Assembly (NCBI GenBank): GCA_002483445.1
Contig: DLHY01000007.1
Location: 86,114-150,113 of the forward strand
Direction: 5' to 3'
DNA: 64,000 nt
From: Blastocatellia bacterium UBA7656
Lineage (GTDB): Bacteria > Acidobacteriota > Blastocatellia > UBA7656
Below, piece by piece: positions 47,925-61,642 of this stretch; position 1 is the first letter of the stretch, and each line of letters opens with the position of its first letter. The notes beneath the pieces are model-generated. The model did not search any database. It was not told the origin of the DNA and was given only the letters and a program-made list of their open reading frames with translations. The position numbers and the translations under genes were made by a program.

Positions 47925-48698
47925 ATGAAAAAAAGATTGCTCACTTTATTCACCATAGCGTTGCTCATCTTTGCCATCGGGGCGGTGGCCGAATCCATGG
48001 CTCTAGCCGCGCAGAAGAAATCCTGCAACTGCAAACCGACGCTTCGCCGGAGAACGGCGAAAAAACCCGTCCGCAAAGTCCGCCCAAAAACTACGGCACC
48101 CAAAACCACGGCAGCCGTTGTCGGGCCGGTAGTGGCCACATACACGCTTCCTGAAAATCAGGTCTTCACGCTCAGGATGAACGACTCGCTCACGTCGAAG
48201 ACCGCCCGCATCGGCGACCGCTTTCGAACGACTGTGATGATTCCAGTCTATGCAAGCGGCGTCGAGGTCGTTCCCGCCGGATCAGTTGTCGAAGGGCGGG
48301 TGACGGCTGTCAGTCCCGCGCGCTCGCGGGGTCGCGCAGGCTCGATAGCCGTGGCTTTCGACAATCTCATTCTGCCTGATGGAACTAAACGTAAAATCGA
48401 AGGCAGCCTGACCGACGTTCAAGGCGACGCGGGCGAAGTCGATTCCGAAAGCTCGGTGAGCGGACGTTCGAGCGAGACTCGACAGGTCGTCTTCGTCGGA
48501 GGCGGAGGCGTAGTGGGCGCAGTCCTGGGCGGCGTTATCGGAGGCGGAAAAGGCGCGGGGATTGGCGCAGCCGTTGGCGCGGGCGCGGGCGTTGCCGGGG
48601 CATTGCTCTCGAAAGGCAAAGAGGCCGAGGTGCGGCGAGGAACCGAAATCTCTATGATGACGACCCGACCCGTCACCTTTACGGTCGAAAAGCCGTGA
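47925..48698 (+). CDS. secreted glycine-zipper protein
   Basis: Signal peptide and a C-terminal GxxxG-rich segment (GGGGVVGAVLGGVIGGGKGAGIGAAVGAGAGVAGALL). Confidence 0.55.
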   Translation: MKKRLLTLFTIALLIFAIGAVAESMALAAQKKSCNCKPTLRRRTAKKPVRKVRPKTTAPKTTAAVVGPVVATYTLPENQVFTLRMNDSLTSKTARIGDRFRTTVMIPVYASGVEVVPAGSVVEGRVTAVSPARSRGRAGSIAVAFDNLILPDGTKRKIEGSLTDVQGDAGEVDSESSVSGRSSETRQVVFVGGGGVVGAVLGGVIGGGKGAGIGAAVGAGAGVAGALLSKGKEAEVRRGTEISMMTTRPVTFTVEKP

Positions 48699-48872
48699 TG
48701 GGAAGCAAAGTCAGGGTCGCGAAAAAAAACTAAAAACCATCAGGCAACGCGAACAGGGGTGGTTGGTTATCTAAGGGACAGGCAACGACCCTAAAATAAA
48801 TAACGCTGGTAGAATCATCCTTTCGAGGCAGTCCGACACCAGGGTCGTTGCCCTTATCTTTTTCGAATCTAC

Positions 48873-49478
48873 TCACTCAAAAAATGTCCGGCGGCCTTCC
48901 ACTCGAAACCCTTTGCTGAGTACGCGCCCGACCGCTTCCGCATAAATCCGGTGTTCCTGTTTGAGAATGCGGGCCGAGAGAGTTTCAACCGTATCGTCGT
49001 CTCGAACCTCGACCGGCTGCTGGAGGACTATCGGGCCATGGTCTAGCTCTTCATCCACGATATGCACGGTGCAGCCCGTCACCTTCACGCCGTATTCGAG
49101 CGCCTGACGTTGCGCGTCGAGTCCGGGGAAAGCGGGCAGAAGCGATGGATGGATATTGAGAATGCGGTTTTTGAATTCCCGCACGAACAGAGGACTGACC
49201 AGTCGCATGTACCCGGCGAGGCAGACGAGTGCGACGCCTCGCCGTTTGAGTTCCTGGGCCATCTCGCGGTCATGTTCTTCGCGCAGTCTTCCTTTGTGAT
49301 TGATGAAGAGGGTTTCGACTCCGCGCTCAGTAGCTCTTTCAAGTCCCGCAGCGGTTTCGATGTTGCTTATAACGAGGGCCGCTTCAGCCTCAAGGCGGCC
49401 CTCGCCGATAGCGTCAAGGAGCGCGACCATATTCGACCCGCGGCCTGAGATGAGAATGCCTATTTTCGGTTTTGTCAT
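48873..49478 (-). CDS. purN: phosphoribosylglycinamide formyltransferase
   Basis: MTKPKIGILISGRGSNM ... HPSLLPAFPG ... HIVDEELDHGPI. Confidence 0.9.
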   Translation of the reverse strand: MTKPKIGILISGRGSNMVALLDAIGEGRLEAEAALVISNIETAAGLERATERGVETLFINHKGRLREEHDREMAQELKRRGVALVCLAGYMRLVSPLFVREFKNRILNIHPSLLPAFPGLDAQRQALEYGVKVTGCTVHIVDEELDHGPIVLQQPVEVRDDDTVETLSARILKQEHRIYAEAVGRVLSKGFRVEGRRTFFE

Positions 49479-49593
49479 CGTGGGCCGAAAATACCTCAGT
49501 GGCGGCTGCGTCGCAAGTGAAAAGGCAAAAAGAACCCTGTATGCGAGCAAGGCGTGAATGCCCACTTTTGCCTTTTACCTTTTTACTTTTGCC

Positions 49594-52383
<2,790 letters not shown>

Positions 52384-52489
52384 GATTTTGCCTCCTGAGC
52401 CTACTGTCCGGCGAAAAAAGTTCGTCGGCGGTTTGTAAACTTAATCATGACTCGACGCGCCGTGTCTACGTCTGGCTTGCAAAGAACGT

Positions 52490-54637
52490 GTGCTTGCCAC
52501 GCGAAAGCAAAACAAGTATCTTTTATCCGCGATGGAGCCTGACCAGTTTCCTGCGGATGACAGATTGAGCGTGACAGACGATCCGGGTGAGCTTGAAGTT
52601 CTGGTTCGCCGGTCGGATGAAGACCTCGCCCTGTTCGATTCGCAGCGCATAGTCGACGCCCTCGTTCGCGAAGCCAGCATCGACCGAGACCTGGCGGCGC
52701 AAATAGGCAAGGAAATAAAACAGGTCATACACAAGCTCGGCCTTCGCACTCTCAGTTCATCTCTCATACGCGGACTCGTAGACGCAAAGCTCCTGGAACT
52801 CGGACTTGAAGAAGCGCATCGCTGGCACACGCGACTGGGAGTCCCTTTTTATGACGTCGACCGGATGATGCACAGCGCGCTGCGAGAATCGACTTCGCAC
52901 CCGTGCGGCCCTGAAGGCACAAGCCTGATGCTGGCCGAATCGATCAAACGCGAGTACGCCATCATAAATGTCTTTTCCGATCAGATCGCCAACGCTCATC
53001 TCGTCGGCGATATTCATATCTCTGCCATAGGCGCAATCGACCGCCCTTACAGCCTGATTTCCGCCATCGATTATATAAAGCAGTTCGGCATCACTCTGCC
53101 GCAGGGGTTTGCAAACTCGCGGCCCGCCCGCCGCGCCGAAGTGCTGATCGCGCACCTGGTAAAATTCTCAGCCGCGCTGCAAGGCTATCTCGCAGGGCCT
53201 GTCGTCTGGGACTCGATCAATTTCGCGCTCGCGCCGTTTTTGACCGACCTCGATGATCGCGCGATGAAGCAACTGGCGCAGACTCTCGTCTTCGAATTCT
53301 CCGCCCCCGCCGTAGCTCGCGGCGGGCAGGTCATACTTGCGGATTTGCATCTCGACTGGGACGCGCCTTTTTATTTGAAAGAACGTCAGGCCATCGCCGC
53401 CGGAGGGCAGAAATTAGAAAAATCTTATGGCGAATTCACGAACGAAGCTCATCGCTTTCTTCAGGCTTTGCTCGAAGTCTACACGGAAGGCGACGGGCAG
53501 GCGCGCGCGTTCGTAACTCCGCGGCTGACGCTTCACATCAATCGACACTTCAACGAAGTGTCGGGCTATCGCGGAGTGCTTGAGCTTGCGAGCCGACTGG
53601 CCGTCGGGCGCGGCGGGCTGACAGTGGCGTTTGATCGCGATGATGAAGGGACGTTTTTCCACCGCTATGGGATCGAGGATGAAAAGGGAGTCAATCGGGC
53701 CGAAAGTCACGCGCTGCGCTCGGCCCAGTTTCAAGTCGTCGCGCTCAACCTCCCGCGAGTCGGCTATCTGGCGGGCGGCAATCAGGTAAAAGTATTCGAA
53801 GAGCTTACGCGATTGATGGAGACTGCCGCTCAGGCTCATCTCGAAAAGCGCGTGTTTCTGGAAAAGCTTCTCGCGCTCGGAGATCGCGGGCCGCTGGCAG
53901 TGCTTTCGACTAAAGCCAGCAACGCGCAGTTCCTCCGTCTCAGTTGGACTACTCACGCGATAAGCATCTGCGGATTGAACGAGCTTTGCCGCGCAGTGCT
54001 TGGCTCGGATTTGCACCAGTCGAAAGAGGCTATGGACTTCGGCCTCAAGGCTCTCACTCACATTCATCACGAAGCCGAGCGACTTACGAATAAACACAAG
54101 GTCAGATTTTTATTGAGCGGTCAGCCGGGAGGCGCGGTCGCGCATCGTTTCGCAAAACTCGATCTGCGTTTCTTCGGCGAGATGGCTGAAAGCGTGATAA
54201 ACGGAAACCCGCAGACGGAAGCGGCCTACTACACGGACGGAGCGCGGCTGTCATCGAGCGGCGATGTGTCGATCATGGATCGCGTGCGGGCGGAAGGGAT
54301 TTTTCATGAGTTCGGGTTCGTCGGCGCGGCGACTGAAATATGGATGGGCGAAGAGGCTCCTGAGCCTGATGATATTGGGCGATTGATCTCGCAGGCATTT
54401 TATCAATCATCGTGCGCGGGTCTTGTCTTCTGTCCCGAATTCACGATCTGCTCGGCCTGCAATCACATTTCACACGGGCTGAACCGCCTCTGCCCGGAGT
54501 GCGGCTCTGATCGCCTTGACGGATTCGCTTACGCGGGCGACCGCTACGGGTTGACCTCCGCTTGGGACGCAAGCCATGTGACTGAGCTTCGCGAAAGAAG
54601 GCGCGTGATCGGCGGAGAGATAAACGTGAGCGGGTGA
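52490..54637 (+). CDS. nrdD: class III (anaerobic) ribonucleoside-triphosphate reductase-like
   Basis: N-terminal ATP-cone, about 715 aa, and a C-terminal zinc ribbon (CSACNH...CPECG) followed by a Gly-containing tail (DRYGLTS). The glycyl-radical motif is atypical. Confidence 0.7.
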   Translation: MLATRKQNKYLLSAMEPDQFPADDRLSVTDDPGELEVLVRRSDEDLALFDSQRIVDALVREASIDRDLAAQIGKEIKQVIHKLGLRTLSSSLIRGLVDAKLLELGLEEAHRWHTRLGVPFYDVDRMMHSALRESTSHPCGPEGTSLMLAESIKREYAIINVFSDQIANAHLVGDIHISAIGAIDRPYSLISAIDYIKQFGITLPQGFANSRPARRAEVLIAHLVKFSAALQGYLAGPVVWDSINFALAPFLTDLDDRAMKQLAQTLVFEFSAPAVARGGQVILADLHLDWDAPFYLKERQAIAAGGQKLEKSYGEFTNEAHRFLQALLEVYTEGDGQARAFVTPRLTLHINRHFNEVSGYRGVLELASRLAVGRGGLTVAFDRDDEGTFFHRYGIEDEKGVNRAESHALRSAQFQVVALNLPRVGYLAGGNQVKVFEELTRLMETAAQAHLEKRVFLEKLLALGDRGPLAVLSTKASNAQFLRLSWTTHAISICGLNELCRAVLGSDLHQSKEAMDFGLKALTHIHHEAERLTNKHKVRFLLSGQPGGAVAHRFAKLDLRFFGEMAESVINGNPQTEAAYYTDGARLSSSGDVSIMDRVRAEGIFHEFGFVGAATEIWMGEEAPEPDDIGRLISQAFYQSSCAGLVFCPEFTICSACNHISHGLNRLCPECGSDRLDGFAYAGDRYGLTSAWDASHVTELRERRRVIGGEINVSG

Positions 54638-54645
54638 GCGGAGTG

Positions 54646-54764
54646 CGCGGAAGAATGGGAGAGTGGGAGAATGGGGGAATGGGTGAAAGAAAAGATCAGG
54701 CGAGCGTGAGTAATTAAGATATATCTCCCACTCTCCCATTCCCCCATTCTCCCACTCTTTACAA
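54646..54764. repeat. long inverted repeat built from GGGAG(A/T)(A/G)T periodic units (agtgggagaatgggggaatggg / complement), about 45-nt loop
   Basis: 54657-54678 pairs with 54732-54753. The G-rich arm has at least four GGG runs. Confidence 0.7.
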
Positions 54765-54766
54765 AG

Positions 54767-55291
54767 ATGCCATCAGCTAACACACATGATTTCATAACCA
54801 TACTGCTGGTTCCGCCAGCGGTTGCTGCCGCTTATTATTTCACTGCTGATTGGACTCTGACTCTGATTGCGACAGGGGCTATGGTCTTCGGCGGTTTGAT
54901 GTTCGGGCCTGACCTCGATATCCAAAGCCGTCAGTATGCCAGATGGGGGCCGCTTCGCTTTTTGTGGTGGCCTTATAAAGCGATGCTGCCTCATCGTTCG
55001 TGGCTCTCGCACAGCATTCTTTTCGGCACGCTGATTCGCGTCGTGTATTTTCTCGTAGTCGTCACACTGATTGTGGCTGTGGGGCTGTATGTGAGGGATG
55101 TGTACGTGAACGGGCAGCAGTGGGGGGCGGGCGAATTGAAAGGCGCGCTGGCGAGAGTGTGGGAGATAATCGCGCCGATCAAACGAGATTATTTGATCGC
55201 GGCCTTCGCGGGGCTGTGGGTGGGCGCGTCTTCTCACACGGTGGCTGACGTACTCGGATCGTTTTTCAAGAGCGTGCGAAAATCCATCTGA
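54767..55291 (+). CDS. integral membrane protein, putative metal-dependent hydrolase (DUF2227/YdjM-like)
   Basis: Four to five TM helices. 174 aa. Confidence 0.45.
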   Translation: MPSANTHDFITILLVPPAVAAAYYFTADWTLTLIATGAMVFGGLMFGPDLDIQSRQYARWGPLRFLWWPYKAMLPHRSWLSHSILFGTLIRVVYFLVVVTLIVAVGLYVRDVYVNGQQWGAGELKGALARVWEIIAPIKRDYLIAAFAGLWVGASSHTVADVLGSFFKSVRKSI

Positions 55292-55425
55292 CTTTGATTT
55301 TTCTGCGACCTTTTTCCTGCCGCGCGCACCAACACGACAGACACAGGGGCGAATTGTAAAAAACTTGTAAAAGCGCCTGTGAATATCGAACTTTCAGTGG
55401 GAACAGCCGTTAAAAGGCTCAACCA

Positions 55426-56163
55426 GTGGACGCTCATTACCGAGCCGGGAAGGAGAAGACAATGCTGAATGCTGGGAAAACAAAAAGCATAATGCTGGGA
55501 ATGGCTTTTGCGGTGGTGAGCCTCGCTTCCGTTTCTGTGACGATTAACTGGAGCGCGAGAGGACAGGCGGCCCTAAGTGCGTGGGATGAGATGGCGGGGC
55601 TGTTCGCCTTCGGCTATCACCCGGTCAGCGCGAGCGAGTGGGCGGCGCTCAACAACACCATCGAGCCTATTTGCCCCGAATCGGATTTACCGGGCCGTCA
55701 GTTATTGGCGGCGAATCGCGCGAGCGAGTGGGCGGCGCAGTCAAAGGAGTCGAATAAAATTATGACTGTGAAAATCGTCCCTGTTCGTAAACAGAGCCGC
55801 AAGGTAAAAGCCCCCACTGTTATCGCGGCAGTGAGCAGAGAAACCATCAGCGATGAATCCCTCGGCCCTTTCGGGAGTGATTCGGAGTTGCCCGTTTACA
55901 ATGTGGATTTCGCCGAACTGGTGAGCTTCGAGCAGGCGGCTGAGGTCGAGGAATTCACCGCTCGCGCAAGCGTGATAGCCCAATGCGAAGTCGATCTCAT
56001 ACACGCATTGCGAGCGCGCGAATACGGATTGAGAGTGAGAACCGCTTTCAGAACAACTCCGGCCTTCGTCGTGGAAAGGCCCGCGGGCTGGATCGATTTG
56101 GTACTGAAACTGCGCCTGCGAAAAGACGCGGTAACACCCGCGCCTGTGACTTGCGGGCCTTAA
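55426..56163 (+). CDS. hypothetical secreted protein
   Basis: Signal peptide at the internal Met (MLNAGKTKSIMLGMAFAVVSLASV). Followed by a terminator. Confidence 0.5.
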   Translation: MDAHYRAGKEKTMLNAGKTKSIMLGMAFAVVSLASVSVTINWSARGQAALSAWDEMAGLFAFGYHPVSASEWAALNNTIEPICPESDLPGRQLLAANRASEWAAQSKESNKIMTVKIVPVRKQSRKVKAPTVIAAVSRETISDESLGPFGSDSELPVYNVDFAELVSFEQAAEVEEFTARASVIAQCEVDLIHALRAREYGLRVRTAFRTTPAFVVERPAGWIDLVLKLRLRKDAVTPAPVTCGP

Positions 56164-56177
56164 ATTCTTTGTGCCTG

Positions 56178-56212
56178 AAAGAGCGCGATCAGATAAGTAT
56201 TGCGCTCTTTTG
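56178..56212 (+). terminator. rho-independent terminator
   Basis: agagcgc...gcgctct followed by tttt. Confidence 0.6.
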
Positions 56213-56420
56213 GGTCAAAGCACCCTGCCTTCTGAAACCACACATCAACACAGCACGATTCGCACGCCTTCTCCATAATCAATCGATAATTCAAAGATCA
56301 TACCCCGGCATCGCCGCACAAAAATCTCATCGCTTCTGAGCCATTTTTTTTGGCTTTTCCGCATGAAGGGTTGAAAGAAGCCAACCAGGCTTCATTGGAA
56401 ATACTACCCAGGAGGATGAG

Positions 56421-58595
56421 ATGGAAAGGAAACCCAAATGGCAATCTTTGATCGCCGTGAGCGTGATTCTGTCGCTGCTCGTATTGACGACCATCGCTGG
56501 ATCACACGCCCTTAACTTCAATCACGAAGAACTATCGTTTCAAGGTGGAGCTATTGAAACGATGGCGAATGTTTCTATGGAGCAGACCTTGCGGCCTCGA
56601 ATCCAACAGGCTTATGAAAAGTCGCCGCTCAGATTCGAAGCCAATCTCGGCCAGTTCGACACAAAGGCGAAGTTTCTCTGTCGCGGCAAGAATTACAATA
56701 TGTTCCTGACTTCTACCGGAGCCACGATCAATCTCAGGCCGGGATCGGAAAGCAGTACAAGAGAACTCATCTCGATGCGAATCGTCGGAGGGAATACGGA
56801 AGCGACAGCCGAAGGACTCGAACAACTCACAACCGTGAGCAATTACTTCATCGGACGTGATCCTTCACAGTGGCGTTCGAACGTGCCAAATTACGCGATG
56901 GCGCGTTTTCATGATGTATACCCCGGCATAGACCTGCTCTACCGAAGCCTCGATCAGTCGGTCTAGTATGACTTCCTTCTGGCTCCCGGAGCCGATTCCA
57001 GCCGGATACGTTTGGCATTCGACGCAAAGGGCGAGGTTCGAATCGATGACGAGGGCGATCTGGTCATCTCGACTTCCCGTGGAGACATACGCCATCATAA
57101 GCCTGTGATCTATCAGGAAGCCGACGGAGTCCGTGAGCAGATTGCAGGGCGTTATGTGATGGTCGGAAAACAAACCGTAGGCTTCGATGTCGGAGAATAC
57201 GATTCCACGAGGGCGCTCATAATCGATCCGGTGCTGACCTATTCGACTTATCTCGGCGGAAGCGGTTCTGATTATCCGCACGGAGTAGCCGTCGATTCGA
57301 GCGGCAACGCGTACATAACCGGAGAAACCGATTCAACCAACTTTCCGCTCGCCGGCCCCATCCAATGGCAGAATGCGGGAGAGTCGGATGCGTTCGTGAC
57401 CAAGCTCAACGCCGCGGGTACGGCGATCATCTATTCGACTTACATTGGGGGCAACGCTTTCGACACCGGGTACAGCATAGATGTAGGCGCGGGCGGAGAT
57501 GCATACATCATGGGATCTACGACGTCGCAGTATTTTCCTACGACTCCGGGCGCATTCGATCAATCATTCAACGGCAACTATGATGTGTTCGTCACAAGGT
57601 TGAATGCAAACGGGAATGGTCTCGTATATTCGACGTTTCTGGGAGGCAACAGTTACGAGGCCGCCTGGAGGATCAGAGTCGCGTTCGGCACCGCTTACAT
57701 TGCGGGGCAGACTTTATCGGTCGATTTTCCCACGACTCCCGGAGCTTATGATCGCTCCTTCAATGTCGGCTCCGATCCGCTCAATCCTCCGGCAGAAAGT
57801 TTCGCCGTAAGGTTGCAGCCGATGGGCAATGCTCTGGTCTTCAGTACGCTGCTCGGCGGATCTTCTTTTGATCATGTCAACGATATGACCGTTGATTCCG
57901 GCGGCAATGTTTATGTGGCGGGAGAAACGCAATCGAGCGACTTTCCGACCAAAAACAGCTTCGACGGATTTTTGAGCGGAACGAGCGACGGCTTCGTAAC
58001 CAAGCTCAACTCATTCGGCAGCGCATTGGTTTACTCGACATATCTCGGAGGCGGCAGTTTCGATTCCGCTTTGGGCGTGACCGTCGATGGCGCAGGAAGC
58101 GCATACGTTACGGGCCGCACTCAGTCAAATAACTTCCCCGCAACGTCAGGCGCTTTCGACACTACGGCGAACGGTTCGGGCGACGCATTCGTGACCAAAC
58201 TCGGTCCCGGCGGCGCAACTCTCATGTACTCCACTCTTTTGGGAGGCAGTAACAACGACGTTGGGGTGAGAATAGTCGTCGACCATTTGGTGACGGCTTA
58301 TGTTGTAGGCTCGACGCTGTCAAACAATTTTCCGTTCACGCCTGACGCTTTGGACAAGTCCAGCGGCACGAATGCCGAAGCGTTCGTAGCAAGGATAGAT
58401 TCGGTTGGCAGTTCTCTGCTTTATTCTTCCTACATCGGTGGCAATGGGTTCGATCTCGGCGCTGATCTCGTGCTGCGAAACGGCAATGTATACATAATAG
58501 GAAGGACAGATTCCTCGAACTTTCCAATCACTCCGGGCGCAGCGGATTCTCAGTTAGTGGGAACAGATGGCTTCGTCATGAGGCTCGGTTTCTGA
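56421..58595 (+). pseudogene. SBBP (beta-propeller) repeat secreted protein interrupted by an in-frame amber codon (TAG at 56964-56966)
   Basis: The two ORFs 56421-56966 and 57012-58595 are in the same frame. Reading through the TAG gives ...DQSV*YDFLLAPGADSSRIRLAFDAKG. The stop sits where a Glu (GAG) is expected in the conserved EYDF.VAPGADP motif. The downstream part carries many YSTYLGG..D......D..GN.Y..G.T.S.NFP repeats. Confidence 0.7.
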
Positions 58596-58677
58596 ATAGT
58601 GAAAAAGGCGCGGAGAGCTTAAAAGAGTCTCCGTGCCTTTTCACTCTCACAGCGATGAGTTATTCGAAGCTCCGCGC

Positions 58678-61050
58678 TCAAACCAGCGCCGCCTTGAGCG
58701 CCTGCCGGACGGATTCGACGAAAATAAAATTCATCTCTCTCAATAACTCTTTCGGCACTTCATCCAGATCGCGGCGGTTCTGCTGAGGCAACACGACTGT
58801 AGTTACGCGGGCGCGGCGCGCAGCAAGCACTTTCTCTTTTATCCCTCCGACCGGAAGCACATTTCCTCTGAGGGTTATCTCTCCCGTCATCGCTACCGAA
58901 CGCTTGATCTGCCTGCCCGATAGCGCGGACACGAGAGCAGTCGCAAGGGTTATTCCCGCCGAAGGGCCGTCCTTAGGTATCGCTCCTTCAGGCACATGAA
59001 CGTGTATGTCGAACTGGCTGAATTTCTCCGGCGCGATGTTCAACTCTTCCGCCTTCGACTTCGCCCACGAGAGCGCGGCCTGAGCCGATTCCTTCATCAC
59101 CTCGCCAAGCTGACCTGTGAGTTGCAATGATCCTTTCCCCGCTGTCAGCAACGCTTCGATGAACAATACATCTCCGCCCGCAGGCGTCCAGGCAAGCCCC
59201 GTAGCCACCCCTACCTGATCCTTCTTCAAAATTTCTTCCGGTCTCGCATGAGGCACTCCCAGAAATTCATGCAGATTGTTCACCGTCACGCGCACAAGTT
59301 TGTTATCGCCTTCCGCCACACGGCGAGCGACCTTGCGGCAGATGGTCGCTATCTCGCGCTCGAACTGGCGAAGACCTGCTTCGTGAGTGTATTGAAGAAT
59401 GATTCCCTTCAGAGCAGTCCGGCTTATCGCGAGATGACGCGAGGTGATGCCGTGCGCTTCCATCTGTTTCGGGATTATGTGACGGCGGGCTATCTCGGCT
59501 TTTTCCTCTTCGGTGTAACCGGCAAGGCGTATGAGTTCCATGCGGTCGCGGAGCGCCGGATGAATCGTGTCCAGCACGTTGGCTGTGGTCATAAACATGA
59601 CGTTCGACAGATCGAACGGCACGCCGAGATAGTTGTCGCGGAATGAAAAATTCTGCTCAGGATCGAGAACTTCCAGAAGCGCCGATGAGGGATCGCCCCG
59701 AAAATCCGATCCGACCTTATCGATCTCATCGAGCATGATGAGCGGATTATGCGTTGCGGCCTGCTGAAGCGATTGAATGATTCTTCCGGGCATAGCTCCT
59801 ATGTATGTCCGACGATGGCCGCGAATCTCTGCTTCGTCGTGAAGTCCTCCGAGGCTGAGTCGCTGAAACTTGCGGTTCAATGCGCGGGCTATCGAACGGC
59901 CAAGACTCGTTTTGCCAACTCCGGGCGGGCCTACGAGACAAAGTATCGGGCCTTTCACTTTGTCTTTGAGTTTGCGCACGGCGAGCGATTCGACTATTCG
60001 CTCTTTGACCTTATCAAGCCCGAAATGATCTTCATCGAGTATGGTCTGAGCGCGCTTGAGGTCGAGATTTTCTTCTGACTTAAAAGACCACGGCAGATTC
60101 ACCATCACGTCGAGATAATTGCGAAGTGTGGCGGCTTCGGCTGCGTCCGGGTGCATACGCTCAAGCTTGCGGATTTGCCGTTCGACTTCTTCTTCTACCT
60201 CTGCGGGCATTCGGGCCTGAAGCATCTTCTCCCGATACTGGGCGATTTCTTCAGCCAGTTCGTTGCCCTCGCCAAGCTCAGTTTGAATGGCTTTGAGTTG
60301 CTGACGCAGATAAAACTCGCGCTGCGAGCGATCAAGCTCGCCTTTGGCCTGGGTGTTTATTTCCTGCTGAACGAGCAGGACTTTGATCTCGCGGGCGAGA
60401 AGCTCGTTGACCTTGCGAAGGCGATCCGCCGGGTCGAGTTTTTCAAGCACGCTCTGCGCGTCTGAAACTTTCAGTTCCAGGTTCGAAGCCGCGACATCAG
60501 CCAAACGACCGGGGTCTTCGAGGTTGGCGACTATCGCCATCACTTCCGAAGAGATGTTTTTGCCGAGCGTTATCGCGCGCTCAAGCGAAGAGCGCACGTT
60601 GCGAATCAGAGCTTCAAGCTCAAGCTCGTCGGTGTCAGGCTCGGCGTCTGAAAGCGGCTCGATGTGCGCGATGAGATGAGGCTGATCGTCCTGATAGCGA
60701 GCCACTCTTGCGCGCGTGAGTCCCTGAACGAGGATGCGCAGGCGACCGTCGGGCATCTTGAGCATTCGCATGATGACGGCGGCTGTTCCGTAATCATAGA
60801 GGTCTTCGCCGAGAGGTTCTTCTTTTTCCAGATCGCGCTGGGCTGCCAGCATGATCATGCGCGATTCGACCAGAGCCTGCTCGACTGCGCGCATGGATCG
60901 TTCGCGCTGCACGAAGAGCGGAACGATCATGAAAGGAAAGATGACTATATCGCGGAGCGGAAGCACGGGGAGCGAATCGGGGAGTTTGAGCGGCTCCTCG
61001 TCTGAGGTGATCTGCACATCCGGCAATTCCAGATTTTCGAGTGATGACAT
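58678..61050 (-). CDS. lon: ATP-dependent Lon protease
   Basis: LON N-domain, AAA+ domain ([11 protein letters not shown]), protease domain (DGPSAGIT...K). Confidence 0.95.
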   Translation of the reverse strand: MSSLENLELPDVQITSDEEPLKLPDSLPVLPLRDIVIFPFMIVPLFVQRERSMRAVEQALVESRMIMLAAQRDLEKEEPLGEDLYDYGTAAVIMRMLKMPDGRLRILVQGLTRARVARYQDDQPHLIAHIEPLSDAEPDTDELELEALIRNVRSSLERAITLGKNISSEVMAIVANLEDPGRLADVAASNLELKVSDAQSVLEKLDPADRLRKVNELLAREIKVLLVQQEINTQAKGELDRSQREFYLRQQLKAIQTELGEGNELAEEIAQYREKMLQARMPAEVEEEVERQIRKLERMHPDAAEAATLRNYLDVMVNLPWSFKSEENLDLKRAQTILDEDHFGLDKVKERIVESLAVRKLKDKVKGPILCLVGPPGVGKTSLGRSIARALNRKFQRLSLGGLHDEAEIRGHRRTYIGAMPGRIIQSLQQAATHNPLIMLDEIDKVGSDFRGDPSSALLEVLDPEQNFSFRDNYLGVPFDLSNVMFMTTANVLDTIHPALRDRMELIRLAGYTEEEKAEIARRHIIPKQMEAHGITSRHLAISRTALKGIILQYTHEAGLRQFEREIATICRKVARRVAEGDNKLVRVTVNNLHEFLGVPHARPEEILKKDQVGVATGLAWTPAGGDVLFIEALLTAGKGSLQLTGQLGEVMKESAQAALSWAKSKAEELNIAPEKFSQFDIHVHVPEGAIPKDGPSAGITLATALVSALSGRQIKRSVAMTGEITLRGNVLPVGGIKEKVLAARRARVTTVVLPQQNRRDLDEVPKELLREMNFIFVESVRQALKAALV

Positions 61051-61061
61051 TTATTTTGAAC

Positions 61062-61526
61062 CTATCTGACGCGACCTGTGCGCACGAGCGATTTCAATTC
61101 GCTCATGAATTCCGAAACATCCTTGAAGTCGAGATACACGGACGCGAATCGGACGTAAGCTACTTTGTCCAGTTCCTTGAGGCGACGCATGATCATCTCG
61201 CCCACTTTTTCGGTCGAACGCTCGCGGTCGCGCGACTCCTGAACGTATTTTTCTATCGAGTTCACAAGGGCCTCTATCTTCGACATCGGGATAGGGCGTT
61301 TTTCGCAGGCTTTCAACACGCCCGCCATCACCTTCTCGCGGTCGAAAGGCTCTCGCCGTCCGTCTTTTTTCACAACCATGTAAGGTATCTCATCGATCCG
61401 CTCGTAGCTCGTGAAACGACGCTCGCACTTGAGACATTCGCGGCGGCGACGGATGACATCGCCCTCGCGGCTCTCGCGCGAGTCGACTACCTTATCTTCC
61501 AGATGCCCGCAGAAAGGACATTTCAT
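61062..61526 (-). CDS. nrdR: transcriptional repressor NrdR
   Basis: MKCPFCG...[12 protein letters not shown] zinc ribbon plus ATP-cone. The start was re-placed at the ATG at 61526; the upstream extension is just the translated inverted repeat. Confidence 0.9.
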   Translation of the reverse strand: MKCPFCGHLEDKVVDSRESREGDVIRRRRECLKCERRFTSYERIDEIPYMVVKKDGRREPFDREKVMAGVLKACEKRPIPMSKIEALVNSIEKYVQESRDRERSTEKVGEMIMRRLKELDKVAYVRFASVYLDFKDVSEFMSELKSLVRTGRVR

Positions 61527-61537
61527 AATCGATTCCC

Positions 61538-61642
61538 TCGTGATGGGTGATGGGTGATAGGTGATGGGGGATAGGAAAAGAGATGATAAATGAGTTGTCT
61601 GACTGCCACCCATTACCCATCACCTATCACCCATCACCCATC
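61538..61642. repeat. long inverted repeat built from GGTGAT(G/A)GG periodic units (about 27-bp stem, about 40-nt loop)
   Basis: gatgggtgatgggtgataggtgatggg pairs with cccattacccatcacctatcacccatcacccatc. Confidence 0.7.

Noticed and set aside
52384-52489. Search for NrdR-box palindromes upstream of nrdD
   Set aside because: There is no clear match to the ACACwAtATaTwGTGT-type tandem palindromes by eye, so the call is left open.
61527-61613. N-terminal extension ([25 protein letters not shown]...) of the NrdR ORF, and the opposite-strand ORF 61590-62006
   Set aside because: Both are translations of the GGTGAT-periodic inverted repeat. The true nrdR start is the ATG at 61526, which gives the canonical MKCPFCG N-terminus.
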